Positions 27,055 to 40,619 of a DNA stretch of 64,000 nt are shown piece by piece. Under the pieces are notes generated by a model, which saw only the letters and a program-made list of their open reading frames with translations, was not told the origin of the DNA and did no database searches. The stretch is taken from NCBI RefSeq assembly GCF_963921235.1, contig NC_086097.1, positions 228,286,001 through 228,350,000 on the forward strand, in the 5' to 3' direction. How positions within the stretch are numbered: the stretch's first letter is position 1; every line of letters starts with the position of its first letter. Source of the stretch: Mobula hypostoma (taxonomy: Eukaryota). The position numbers were made by a program, and so were the translations under genes.

Positions 27055-27706
27055 TTTTTTTAGATTATGAGGACACTCAGTCCTTGTTTATTGTCGTTTA
27101 GAAATGCATGCATTAAAAAATGATACAATGTTCCTCCAGAGTGATATCACAGAAACACAAGACAAACCAAGACTAAAACTGACAAAACCACATAATTATA
27201 ACATAGTTACAACAGTGCAAAGCAATACCGTAATTTGATAGAGCAGACCATGGGCACAGTAAAAAAAAGTTACAAAGTTCCGATAGCCTCATCATCTCAC
27301 GCAGACGGTAGAAGGGAGGAACTCTCCCTGCCATAAACCTCCAAGCACCTCAAACTTGCCAGTGCCACACCATTGGAAGCACCCGACTGCAGTGGACTCT
27401 GAGTCCGTCCTAAAACTTCGCGCCTCCGGCACCGAGCGCCATCCTCTGCCAAGCGCTTCGACCCAGCCCTGGCCGCCGAGCAACAAGCAAAGCCGAGGAC
27501 TCGGGGCCATCCCCTCCGGAGATTCTGGACCACACAGTAGCGGTGACAGCGAAGCAGGCATTTCAGAAATTTCACCAGACGTTCCTCAGTGCTCTCACGT
27601 CTGTCTCCATCAAATCAGGATTACGCACGGCACCCTACTTGACAGATAACAGATGTCACCCCGGAGTGGCCACTGCGCGCTGCATCGCGCTGCCACCTTC
27701 TCCTCC
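27055..27706 (-). mobile_element. Non-coding GC-rich retroposon (SINE-like / non-autonomous)
   Basis: CpG-rich 5' part, AATAAA and A-rich 3' tail on the - strand, similar in style to Rex-type tails. No coding capacity and no TSD found. Confidence 0.45.
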
Positions 27707-28000
27707 CGCCATGAACGTACAATTATTTTCCATCCGGATTAAGATAGTCAAGTTGCTGAAAAGCTGTTGAGCTCTTGAGAAAGAAAGGCATTTCTTTTAA
27801 ATACTTCTTTATTAATCCATTTAAATATGTCTGGGAGAAAAAAGTAGAGAATTATAGACAAAACTAATTATTTATAGAAACTCGTACAAATTGCTGGAGG
27901 CAGCATCTATGGAAAAGGGTAAACAGTTGATATTTCAGGCTGAAATCCATCATGCAGGTGAGAGCAGTGTTGATGGTGGAGGAAGGAAAAATGCTCCTTT

Positions 28001-31000
28001 CATAGAACCATAGAACCATAGAAACTACAGCACAGAAACAGGCCTTTTGGCCCTTCTTGGCTGTGCCGAACCATTTTCTGCCTAGTCCCACTGACCTGCC
28101 CTCGGACCATATCCCTCCATACACCTCCCATCCATGTATCTGTCCAATTTATTCTTAAATGTTAAAAAAGAACCCGCATTTACCACCTCGTCTGGCAGCT
28201 CATTCCATACTCCCACCACTCTCTGTGTGAAGAAGCCCCCCCCCAATGTTCCCTTTAAACTTTTCCCCCCTCACCCTTAACCCATGTCCTCTGGTTTTTT
28301 TCTCCCCCTTGCCTCAGTGGAAAAAGCCTGCTTGCATTCACTCTATCAATACCCATCATAACTTTATATACCTCTATCAAATCTCCCCTCATTCTTCTAC
28401 GCTCCAGGGAATAAAGTCCTAACCTATTCAACCTTTCTCTGTAACTGAGTTTCTCAAGTCCCGGCAACATCCTTGTAAACCTTCTCTGCACTCTTTCAAC
28501 CTTATTTATATCCTTCCTGTAATTTGGTGACCAAAACTGAACACAATACTCCAGATTCGGCCTCACCAATGCCTTATACAACCTCACCATAACATTCCAA
28601 CTCAATACTTTGATTTATAAAGGCCAACGTACCAAAAGCTCTCTTTACGACCCTATCTACCTGTGACGACACTTTTTGGGAATTTTGTATCTGTATTCCC
28701 AGATCCCTCTGTTCCACTGCACTCCTCAGTGCCTTACCATTAACCCTGTATGTTCTACTTTGGTTTGTCCTTCCAACATGCAATACCTCACACTTCTCTG
28801 TATTAAACTCCATCTGCCATTTTTCAGCTCATTTTTCCAGCTGGTCCAAGTCCCTCTGCAGGCTCTGAAAACCTTCCTCACTGTCTACTACACCTCCAAT
28901 CTTTGTATCATCAGCAAATTTGCTGATCCAATTTGCCACATTATCATCCAGATCATTGATATAGATGACAAATAACAATGGACTCAGCACTGATCCTTGT
29001 GGCACACCACTAGTCACAGGCCTCCACTCGGAGAAGCAATTCTCTACTACCACTCTTTGGCTTCTTCCATCGAGCCAATGTCGAATCCAATTTACCACCT
29101 CTCCATGTATACCTAGCGACTGAATTTTCCTAACTAACCTCCCATGTGGGACCTTGCCAAAGGCCTTACTGAAGTCCATGTAGACAATATCCACTGCCTT
29201 CCCTTCATCCACTTTCCTGATAACCTCCTCGAAAAACTCCAATAGATTGGTCAAACATGACCTACCATGCACAAAGCCATGTTGACTCTCCCTAATAAGT
29301 CCCTGTCTATCCAATTGCTTGTAGATTCTGTCTCTTAGTACTCCCTCCAATAACTTACCTACTACCGACGTTAAACTTACTGGCCTATAATTTCCCGGGT
29401 TACTTTTCGATCCTTTTTTAAACAACGGAACAACATGAGCCACTCTTCAATCCTCCGGCACCTCACCTGCAGACAGCGACATTTTAAATATTTTTGCCAG
29501 GGCCCCTGCAATTTCGGCACTAGTCTCCTTCAAGGTCCAAGGGAACACCCTGTCAGGTCCCGGAGATTTATCCACTTTAATTTTCCTCAAGACAGCAAGG
29601 ACCTCCTCCTTTTCGATCTGTACAGTTTCCATGATCTCACTACTTGTTTCCCTTAATTCCATAGACTTCATGCCAGTTTCCTTAGTAAATACAGACGCAA
29701 AAAACCTACTTAAGATCTCCCCCATTTCCTTTGGTTCCGCACAAAGCCGACCACTCTGATCTTCAAGAGGACCAATTTTATCCGTTACAATCCTTTTGCT
29801 CTTAATATACCTATAAAAGCTCTTTGGATTATCCTTCACTTTGACTGCCAAGGCAACCTCATGTCTTCTTTTAGCCCTCCTGATTTCTTTCTTAAGTATT
29901 TTCTTGCACTTCTTATACTCCTCAAGCACCTTATTTACTCCCTGCTTTTTATACATGTCATACAACTCCCTCTTCTTCTTTATCAGAGTTGCAATATCCC
30001 TTGAGAACCAAGGTTCCTTATTCCTATTCACTTTGCCTTTAATCCTGACAGGAACATACAAATTCTGCACTCTCAAAATTTCTGCTTTGAAGGCTTTCCA
30101 CCTACCGATCACATCCTTGCCAGAGAACAACCTGTCCCAATCCACACTTCTTAGATCCTTTCTCATTTCTTCAAATTTGGCCTTCTTCCAGTTAAGAACC
30201 TCAACCCTAGGGCCAGATCCATCCTTGTCCATGATCAAGTTGAAACTAATGGTGTTATGATCACTGGAACCAAAGTGCTCCCCTACACAGACTTCCATCA
30301 CTTGCCCTAATTTCGTTTCCTAACAGGAGATCCAATATTGCATCCCCTCTAGTTGGTCCCTCTATATATTGATTTAGAAAACTTTCCTGAACACATTTTA
30401 CAAACTCTAAACCATCTAGACCCCTAACAGTATGGGAGTCCCAATCAGTATATGGAAAATTAAAATCCCTTACCACCACAACTTTATGTTTCCTGCAGTT
30501 ACCTGCTATCTCTCTGCAGATTTGCTCTTCCAATTCTCGTTGACTATTGGGTGGTCTGTAATACAATCCCACTAATGTGGCCATACCTTTCCTGTTTCTC
30601 AGCTCCACCCATAAGGACTCAGTAGACAAGCCCTCTAATCTGTCCTGCCTGAGCACTGCTGTAATATTTTCCCTAACCAACAATGCTACTCCCCCACCTT
30701 TCATTCCTCTGCCTCGATCACATCTGAAACATCGGAACCCTGGAATATTAAGCTGCCAGTCCTGCCCCTCCTGTAGCCAAGTTTCACTAATTGCTATAAC
30801 GTCATAATTCCACGTGTCATTCCACACCCTTAACTCATCCGCCTTCCCTGCAATACTCCTAGCATTGAAATATATACACCTCAGAAGATTTTTACCATCA
30901 CTCACAACCTTTCTATTAGCAGATTTGTTTGAACTTTTAACATCATTTATTTTCACCCCAGCCACACTGTCAGCTCTGGCACTCTGGTTCCCATCCCCCT

Positions 31001-32240
31001 GCAAATCTAGTTTAAAGTCTCCCCAGCAGCATTAACAAACCTCCCTGAAAGGATATTGGTCCCCCTGTAGTTCAAGTGTAACCCGTCTCTCTTGTACAGG
31101 TCCCACCTGCCCCAGAAGAGGTCCCAATTATCCTGAAATCTGAAACCCTGCTCCCTACACCAGTTCCTCAGCCACTTGTTCATCCTCCAGAGCATCCTAT
31201 TCCTACCCTCACTGGCATGTAGCACAGGTAGCAATCCTGAGATTACCAACCTCGAGGTCCTGCTTTTCAACTTCCTACCAAGCTCTCTATACTCACTCTC
31301 CAGGACCTCCTTACTCTTCCTTGTTATGTCATTGGTACCGATGTGCACCACGACATCTGGCTGATCACCCTCCCACTTCAGAATGTCATGCAATCGATCA
31401 GAGACATCCTTGACCCTGGCACCCGGGAGGCAACAAACCATCCTGGATTCTCTGTCATGACCACAGAACCTCCTATCTGCACCTCTAACTATCGAGTCCC
31501 CTATCACTATCACTCTCCTGTTTTCCCCCCTCCCTTCTGCACTGCAGAGCCAGACTCAGTGCCAGAGATCCGGCTACTGCAGCTTGTCCCAGGTAAGTCA
31601 TCCCCCTAACAGTATCCAATGCGGTATACTTGTTGTTAAGAGGAATGGCCACAGGGGAACCCTGCTCTGCCTGCCCTTTCCTCTTCCCTCGCCTGACAGT
31701 GACCCAATTTCCTGTCCTCTGCTCCTTTGGCGTAACTACCTCCCTGTAGCTACTATCTATAATCTCCTCATTCTCCTGAATGATCCGCAGGTCATCCAGC
31801 TCCTGCTCCAGTTCCCTAATGCGGTTTGTTAGGAGCTGCAGCTGGATGCACTTCTTGCAGGTGTCGTTGTCAAGGACACCGGAGGGCTCCCTGACTTCCC
31901 ACATCCTGCAAGAGGAGCATTCCAACATCCTGCCTGGCATTCTCTCTACGCTAGACAATCTGAATAAAAAACTTACCAGAACCTACCCTGGCCTCTGCCT
32001 GTTCTAGCCGAAGTCTGTTGAGTCAAAGCCGTCCCACTCTGACTCAGTCCACTCCGACGATAGCCACTGTATATGGTGGTCTGCTTTTTAAACCTTGGCG
32101 CGCTTCGTCACGTGCCTGCGCAGTGCAGACCCTTCTCCCTGAGCAGTGTTTAAGAAAAAAAATGACTTTTTCTACCCGAATTCTTCCACTCTCTTCTTCA
32201 GCTGCTTGCTTCGACTGAAACAAGAACCGTTGAAATTTTC
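28001..32240 (-). mobile_element. Near full-length young CR1 LINE
   Basis: ORF1 has CxxC..CxxC plus coiled coil (31958-31485) and SGNH esterase GDS..PGA..GTND..DGLH (31513-31007). ORF2 APE plus RT (31004 to ~28100) has a few frameshifts/stops. (TTCTATGG)n tail. Confidence 0.95.
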
Positions 32241-32249
32241 TCATTCTTT

Positions 32250-32500
32250 GCACAGAATGCTGGAGGAATTCAGCAGGCCGGGCAGCATCTGTGAAAAAGT
32301 GCACAAAATGCTGAAGGAAATCAAATATTGCCCTCACCAGCATCTTTTCCATTTCACACACGTCTTTCCTCTCCCCATCCTCCCACCACCCCACCAGAGA
32401 TCGGGTTCCTCTTGTCCTCACCTACCACACTAGTAGCCTCTGCGTCCAGAACATAATTTTCAATAATAATTTCCACCATCTCCAACAGGATCCCACCATC
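32250..32500. mobile_element. Penelope-like fragments (mixed orientation)
   Basis: pLTR-like piece plus a + strand copy of the RVPLVLTYH region seen at 34.2 kb. Confidence 0.6.
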
Positions 32501-32501
32501 A

Positions 32502-33552
32502 AGTCATAATCATAGTCATACTTTATTGATCCCGGGGGAAATTGGTTTTTGTTACAGTTGCACCATAAATAATAAATAGTAATAGAACCATAAATAGTCA
32601 AATAGTAATATGTAAATTATGCCAGTAAATTATGAAATAAGTCCAGGACCAGCCTATCGGCTCAGGGTGTCTGACCCTCCAAGGGAGGAGTTGTAAAGTT
32701 TGATGGCCACAGGCAGGAATGACTTCCTATGACGCTCTCTGCTGCATCTTGGAGGAATGAGTCTCTGGCTGAATGTACTGCTGTGCCCACCCAGTACATT
32801 ATGTAGTGGATGGGAGACATTGACCAAGATGGCATGCAACTTAGACAGCATCCTCTCTTCAGACACCACCGTGAGAGAGTCCAGTTCCATCCCCACAACA
32901 TCACTGGCCTTAGGGATGAGTTTGTTGATTCTGTTGGTGTCTGCTACCCTCAGCCTGCTGCCCCAGCACACAACAGCAAACATGATAGCACTGACCACCA
33001 CAGACTCGTAGAACATCCGCAGCATCGTCCGGCAGATGTTAAAGGACCTCAAAGTCTTCTCAGGAAATAGAGACGGCTCTGGCCCTTCTTGTAGACAGCC
33101 TCAGTGTTCTTTGACCAGTCCAGTTTATTGTCAATTCGTATCCCCAGGTATTTGTAATCCCCCACCATGTCCACACTGACCCCCTGGATGGAAACAGGGG
33201 TCACCAGTACCTTAGCTCTCCTCAGGTCTACCACCAGCTCCTTAGTCTTTTTCACATTAAACTGCAGATAATTCTGCTCACACCATGTGACAAAGTTTCC
33301 TACCGTAGCCCTGTACTCAACCTCATCTCCCTTGCTGATGCATCCAAGTATGGCAGAGTCATCCGAAAACTTCTGAAGATGACAAGACTCTGTGCAGTAG
33401 TTGAAGTCCGAGGTGTAAATGGTGAAGAGAAAGGGAGACAAGACAGTCCCCTGTGGAGCCCCAGTGCTGCTGATCACTCTGTCGGACACACAGTGTTGCA
33501 AGCACACGTACTGTGGTCTGCCAGTCAGGTAATCAGGAGTCCATGACACCAG
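32502..33552 (-). mobile_element. Rex1/Babar-type LINE, RT C-terminal half
   Basis: ORFs 33049..33672 and 32654..33052 with GAPQGTVLSPFLF, LQKFSDD, SRLYFLRRL. 3' tail with AATAAA. Confidence 0.85.
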
Positions 33553-34950
33553 GTGAGAGGGACAGAGGGAGAAAAAAGAGGGAAAAAAGGAGGAAAAATG
33601 AAAAATATATAAAATAAATGAGGGATGGGGTACGAAAGGGAAGTGGGCATTAACGGAAGTTAGAGAAGTCAATATTCATGCCATCAGGTTGGAGGCTACC
33701 CAAACGGAATGTAAGGTGTTGTTCCTCCAACCTGAGTGTGGCTTCATCTTGACAGTAGAGGAGGCCGTGGATAGACATATCAGAATGGGAATGGGACGTG
33801 GAAATAAAATGTGTGGCCACTGGAAGATCCTGCTTTCTCTGGCGGACAGAGCATAGGTATTCAGTGAAACAGTCTCCTAGCCTGCGTTGGGTCGCACCAA
33901 TATATAGAAGGCCGCACCAGGAGCACCGGACACAGTATATCACCTCAGCCGGCTCACAGGTGAAATGTCGCCTCACCTGGAAGGACTGTCTGGGGCCCTA
34001 AATGGTGGTGAGGGAGGAAGTGTAAGGGCACGTGTAGCACTTGTTCCGCTTACAAGGATAAGTGCTGGGAGGGAGATCGGTGGGAAGGGATGGGGGGGGA
34101 CGAATGGACAAGGGAGTCGCGTAGGGAGAAATCCCTGCGGAAAGCAGTAAGTGGGAGGAAGGAAAGATGTGCTAGGTGGTGGGATCCCGTTGAAGGTGGC
34201 GGACGTTACAGAGAATTATATTTTGGACCCGGAGGCTGCTGAGGTGGTAGGTTAGGACAAGGGGAACCCTATTCCTAGTGGGGTGGCAGGAGGATGGGGT
34301 GAGAGCAGATGTGTGTGAAATGGGAGAGATGCTTTTGAGAGCAGTGTTGATGGTGGAGGAAGGGAAGCCTCTTTCTATAAAAAAAAAAGGAAAACACCTC
34401 CTTCGTCCTGGAATGAAAAGCCTCATCCTGAGAGCAGATGCGGTGGAGACAGAGGAATTGCGAGAAGGGGATGGCATTTTTGCAAGAGACGGGGTGGGAA
34501 GGGGAATAGTCCAGGTAGCTGTGAGAGTCTGTAAGCTTATAGTAAACATCAGTAGATAAACTGTCTCCAGAGATAGAGACAGAAAGATCAAGAAAGGGAG
34601 GGGAGGTGTCGGAAATGGACCAGGTAAACTTGAGGGCAGGGTGAAAGTTGGAGGCAAAGTTAGTGAAGTCAACGAGCTCAGCATGTGTGCAGGAAGCAGC
34701 GCCAATGCAGTTGTCGATGTAGCGAAGGAGAAGAGGGGGACAGATACCAGTATAGGCTTGGAACATGGATTATTCCACAAAGCCAACGAAAACGCAGGCA
34801 TAGCTGGGACCCATACAGGTGCCCATGGCTACATCTTTAGTTTGGAGGAAGTGGGAGGAGCCAAAGGAGAAATTAAGAGTAAGGACTAATTCCGCTAGAC
34901 GGAGAGTGGTGGTAGAGGGTAACTGGTTGGGTCTGGAATCCAAAAAGAAC
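33553..34950 (-). mobile_element. Penelope-like element, RT C-terminus plus GIY-YIG endonuclease
   Basis: LRYIDN (YIDD-like), FLDL..TDVYYK.TDSH.YL, and VIYCVRC..CGLLYIG.T.R motifs. Confidence 0.9.
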
Positions 34951-35300
34951 CTACTCTAGGAACTGTCTAGAATTACCCCACCACAGAGCCCTCTTTTTTT
35001 TTAAGCTCCATGTACCTGTCTAAGACTACCTTAAAAGATCCTGTTGTATCCGCCTCTACCAGCGTTGCTGGCAGAGCATTCTATGCACCCACCATTCTCT
35101 GGGTGGAGAACTTAGCCTTGACATCCCCCTTGTACCTACTTCCAAGCACCTTAAAACTATGCCCCCTTGTATTAGTCATTTCAGCCCTGGGGGAAAAAGT
35201 CTCTGGCTATCCACACGATCAGTGCCTCTCATCATCTTGTACACCTATATCAGGTCACCTCTCATCCTCTATTGCTGCAAGGAGAAAAGGCCAAGACTTA
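34950..35300 (-). mobile_element. CR1 3' fragment
   Basis: Similar to the 3' end of the CR1 at 52.1-52.5 kb. Confidence 0.7.
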
Positions 35301-35479
35301 ATGATCATATGAACTGCTGAGCTTAAATTTCTTAATGTTACATCTTTTTAGCTCTCAGGTTTTACTAAGGGGGGGGGGTGGCGTTTTGGGTTAGGGACTT
35401 CCAGACTTTCAATAACAAAGTTATTTTTCCTGCAGGACCTTTGAAAATAAAGGTATTTTTAATAGCTATAAAGTTATCT

Positions 35480-36870
35480 AGAGAAAGATCGATGGGGAGG
35501 GGCAAGTAGTGTTGAAGAAGCAGGGAGTCTGCAGAAAGACTTAGTGATAGATGGAATACGGTGTAGGGAAGTGTTTGGTCAAGCACTGTAGTAGAAGGAA
35601 TAAAGGTGTAGACTATTTTCTAAATGTGGAACAAATTCAGAAATTGGAGGTACAAAGGGACTTGGGAGTCCTTGTGCAGGATTCCATAGAAGTCAACTTG
35701 CAGGTTGAGTGGGTGTTAAGGCAGGCAAATGCAATGTTACAATTTCTATATAATAAGGTTGAAAGAGTGCAGAGATGGTTTACAAGGATGTTGCCAGGAC
35801 TTGAAAAACTCAGTTACAGGGAAAGGTTGAATAGGTTAGGACTTTATTCCCTGGAGCATAGAAGAATGAGGGGAGATTTGATAGAGGTATATAAAATTAT
35901 GATGGGTATAGATAGAGTGAATGCAAGCAGGCTTTTTCCACTGAGGCAAGGGGAGAAAAAAACCAGAGGACATGGGTTAAGGGTGAAAGGGGAAAAGTTT
36001 AAAGGGAACATTGGGGGGGCTTCTTCACACAGAGAGTGGTGGGAGTGTGGAATGAGCTGTCAGACGAGGTGATAAATGCGGGTTCTTTTTTAACATTTAA
36101 GAATAAATTGGACAGATACATGGATGGGAGGTGTATGGAGGGATATGGTCCGTGTGCAGGTCAGTGGGACTAGGCAGAAAATGGTTCGGCACAGCCAAGA
36201 AGGGCCAAAAGGCCTGTTTCTGTGCTGTAGTTTTTCTGTGGTTTCTATGGTTTCTAATTCATTTCAAGAAGACAAGAATATAAAAGCAAGGATATAATGC
36301 TGTTTTGTAAGGCATTGGTCAGACCACTTTTGGAGTATTGTGAGCAGTTTTGTGACCCTTATGTAAGAAAGGATGTGCCGACATTGGATAGAATCCAGAA
36401 GATATGAGAATGATCCCGGGAATAAAAAGGATAATGTATGAAGCTCTGGGCTTGAACTCGCTGGTGTTTAGAAGAATGAAGAAGATCTCATTGAATTGTA
36501 TCGAATATTGAAAGGTCTAGATAGAGTGGATGTGGAGAGAACATTTCTTATAGTGGGTGAGTCTAGGACCAGAAAGCACTTTCTCAAAATACAAGGACCT
36601 CCCTTTAGAACAGAGATGAGATTTCATTAGCCAGAGAATGGTGGTTCTGTGGAATTCATTGCCCCAGACCGCTGTAGAGGCCACGTCGTAGAGTTTATTT
36701 AAAATAGAGGTTGATAAGTTCTTGATTAGTAAAGTTGTCAAAGATTAAAGGGAGAAGTCGTGAAAACGGGTTTGAGAGAGATAATAAATTAGCTATGATG
36801 GAATGGTGAACAGACCTGATCAGCTGAATGGCTTGATTCTGTCTCATGTTCTGTTTGTTGCTATAGGCTA
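35480..36870 (+). mobile_element. Older CR1 3' fragment with a nested young CR1 (~35745-36256)
   Basis: Chimeric ORF 35551..36072. The inner part is nearly identical to 8225-8722, and the host resumes at attcatttcaaga. Confidence 0.85.
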
Positions 36871-37679
36871 AAACTACAGAAGGTAATATATTATGTTTGA
36901 TTACCTGCCCAAGTATCAATAGAAGTGATTGTTTGTCATTACTGAAGTATCTCAAAACTGATGCTTAATAATGGCCCCATACGCACTGTTGCTACTTGAA
37001 GCAATTCATATTCACACTCAATATCAAATTCTCGAACTACAGATAACATTCTCTGTGATTCAGATTAATTTATTTATCACTTGAACATCGTAGCATACAG
37101 TGAAAGTGTTGTTTGTGTTAAGAACCAGCACAACTCACAAGTGTCACCACACATTTCAGCACCAACATAGCATGCTCGGCAACAAGCAGCAAACAAGCCC
37201 CATTGCTCCCAAATGCAGGCAGCAGGGGCCATTAGGGAGAATGCTGTGGTTGACATGGGCCAGATAGGCCAAATGGTCTGCTTCCATGATGTATTCCTCT
37301 GACTCTATGAATATGCTGTCCAGGCATGCAAACATAATGCCGGAGATGTTTGTGCCCTTTGTAATCTTGCCCAAATGACTGTTCACTTATTTCCATATAT
37401 TTCAAAGTGAGGAACATCACAGCTGATTAAAAGTCTGATCTTGCCCATAATTAACAAAGTTACTTTCCTTTGGAGGCATTTAAATACATTTAGGAGAATG
37501 AATGCTGGTTTGTTTTTATCTTTCTATTCTGTCTTACCCTCTTTCCCTTGTTCATTACAACCTTATTGGATCAGATTTTATCTGATTAAGTGAACATCTA
37601 AATATATCTATTCATGAATGATCAGAACAGATATTGAAAACAGTTTAAAACAAGTGGTGAAATTATTTTCATCAATGTA

Positions 37680-38600
37680 CACAGGTATTGTCTTGCAAAG
37701 TTTGCAGACGAAATGAAGATAACGTGGAGGGGCAGGTAGTTTTTGAGGAAGTACAGCAACTACAGAAGAATTTAGACAGATTAGGAGAATGAGCAAAGAA
37801 GCGGCAGATGGAATATAGTGTCAGTAAGTATATGGTCATTCACTTTGGTAGAAAAAGTAAAAGGGTAGGCTGTTTTCTAAATGGAGATAATATTCAAACA
37901 TCTGAGGTGCAAAGGGACTTATGAGTCCTTGTGCAAGAATCCCTAAAGGTTAATTTGCAGGTTGAATCTGTGGTGAGGAAGACAAATGTGATAAGAGCAT
38001 TCGTTTCAAGAGTACTAGAATATAAAAGCAAGGATGTAATGTTGAGGCTTTATAAGGCACTGGTGATGCTCCATTTGGAATATTGTGAGCAGTTTTGGGC
38101 TCCTTATCTTAGAAAAGATAAGCTGATGCTGAAGAGGATTCAAAGTTGGTTTACAAAAATGATTCCAGGATTGAACGGCTTATCATATTTTAAAGCCTTT
38201 GATGGCTTTGTGCCTGTATTCACTAGAATTCAGAAGAATAAGGGGTGACCTAATTGAAACCTATCCAATGGTGAAAGGCCTTGATAGAGTGGATGTGGAA
38301 AGTTTATTTCCTATGGTGAGAGAGTCTATGACCAGAGGACACAGCCTCATAATGGAGCGGCGTCTTCTTAGAATTTCTTTAGACTGAGAGTGGTGAACCT
38401 GTGCAATGTTTGCCAAAGGCAGCTGTAGAAGCCAAGTCTTTATGTCTATTTAAAGCAGGTTCATAGATTCTTAATTGTTCAGGGCATGAAGTGATGCGGG
38501 GAGAAGGTAGGAGATTGGGGCTGAGAGGGAAATCATGAAATGGCGGAGCAGACTCGATGGACCATATGGCCTAATTCTGCTCCTATAGCTTATGGTCTTG
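37680..38600 (+). mobile_element. CR1 3' fragment
   Basis: ORFs 37931..38387 with LYKALVMLHLEYCEQFWAP and RGDLIE. Confidence 0.85.
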
Positions 38601-40029
38601 TGTTAAGGGTTACGGATATTGTACGTATTGTTCATTCTGTCCATCTTAATCCAATATATTTTTTAAAATAGGACAATTTCTATTATCTGACTGGAAATAT
38701 GAAATGTGAAACATGAGCAGTTAAGATAAATATTGATTCTGTCAAATGTAGGTTAATGAAGGAAAATGTACAAACAATGCCATAATACTATACAGAGTTG
38801 ACTGTGCATCTTAGTGTCATGTTTAATTAATATTTATAATATATTTTAATACTGTATATAATAAGAACAATTTCCTATTAATCTATTTTGTATTTTAACA
38901 ATTATGAAATGTAACAATTTGGCATCAGAAATGTATTACTGAATCATAATAAATGCAATTGCAAGTTTGATCCATGGATCAAAAACAATTAACTGTATCT
39001 TTGTATCACACTCAATACTACTGTAGGAAATATTATATTAACTTTTTGCATTCTTCCAAATAATTAATGTTAATACTGGTGAATGAAACACTTTTCCATT
39101 CACCCAATGTAAGCATGAGCCACTCTGGAAACAGGTCCTCGTACTTAGCCCAGTTTTATGCCTTTCCTTTTTTTTTTCGGCCGTTGTTCCTTCATTTTTA
39201 ATACTAATTCTCTACTCTTTACCATGATTTTTGAATATCCTTATTTTCCAACTAATTATTCATCCAGCTTTCATTCCACATTCTCCTTTCTTTCTGCCCT
39301 TAAACTGAATTAATTCTGACTTTTATATCATGGGAGTGTAATGGATTCAACTTCTTCAAACCAGAATCATTTCCAATGTGTCTTGATTTTTCAATTATTT
39401 TAAACAGCAAAGTCCTCAGCCACCCCTTCTGGATGGGCATGTTAACAAAATTTATCCAGGTGCTTAACTGGAATTGAGGGAGAGCTTTAACATCCTCAGA
39501 GCCAATCAGCTTTCTTCAAGCCCACTAAAATATTCCTGTAATTAATCAACTAAATCTGCAGTTCAATGATTGTCCAACTAGTGCTCTCCATAGACTTCAG
39601 TTATATAGTAAATAAAGACAGGTTTCTGGCAAAGCCTAAGAATGTGGCTGATGCACCTTTATCTATTTTAATATTGGAGCATTTTATTTCAAACATTACA
39701 CACTTATTATGAAGTTGGAACACTTCAGCTGCTGGTTGTCATAACATCAACACATATACCTTTATTTATCATTTACCAGTTCAGAGTGCCCTTATTCAAA
39801 CTGAAATGGTGGCTTACTGGAGCTCTGCTAAAGTGTTTATTCATAGCCAATCACGAGAATGCTTGATGGTACTGGTATTTGCTAAAACATAACACTCCTC
39901 AAAAGATTATCCATTCTCTTGTACAAAATCTGTCTATTAAACTGTTTTATTTTCTTATCACTTTGGAGTTGTGTTCACTTTTTTATGTATACATTGGTGA
40001 TTTTATGGTTTTTTCCCCCTTAATATCAG

Positions 40030-40122
40030 GTCTCGAACGCTAACACCACCTAGTGGAACTAGAAATACTGCTGCAACAGGGTCAGTGAATAGAAAGACCC
40101 ACAATGCTGAGAATTATTTAAG
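40030..40122 (+). CDS. ZC2HC1A: ZC2HC1A coding exon
   Basis: Pyrimidine tract plus cAG / GTaggg, 93 bp, phase 2/2. RSRTLTPPSGTRNTAATGSVNRKTHNAENYL, similar to human PRNSTPPSLARN..KRKTY. Confidence 0.88.
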
Positions 40123-40619
40123 GTAGGGTACTGTTTAATTTCACGTAACTTGGAAGGAAAATGTTCTGTGACATTTATTTGACGAATTATTTTTATATCC
40201 AATGTAAACTATGGTGGCAATTCTCCTGTTTACTTTGAAATATACAGATAGGTTTGGGTTTGTGGGATTTTCAATGTATTAGGAATAAAGGAAGAAAATA
40301 ATTTGTAATATTCAAGGAAATGCTGCAAATTTTTATAGTTAATTATGTCCAACTTTCAATTTGTAAGATGTGGATTACTCTGGCAAGGCTAACATTTGCT
40401 GAATAAGCCAGGTTCCCTTGAGCAGTTGTGTATTGACTTTACTAAACTAAAGTCACAAATGTGCTACTGAAGCTCTTAACTTTTTTTCAACATTAATATT
40501 GGGTTTTGGAAATCCAGAACTTGTATCCAACAACTGTGTAGAGAGAAGTGCTAGACATATGTATCTATATGGCTTGAAGGTACTCCAGGATCTTGTTTCT
40601 TTTGTTAATAGTTTAAGTT

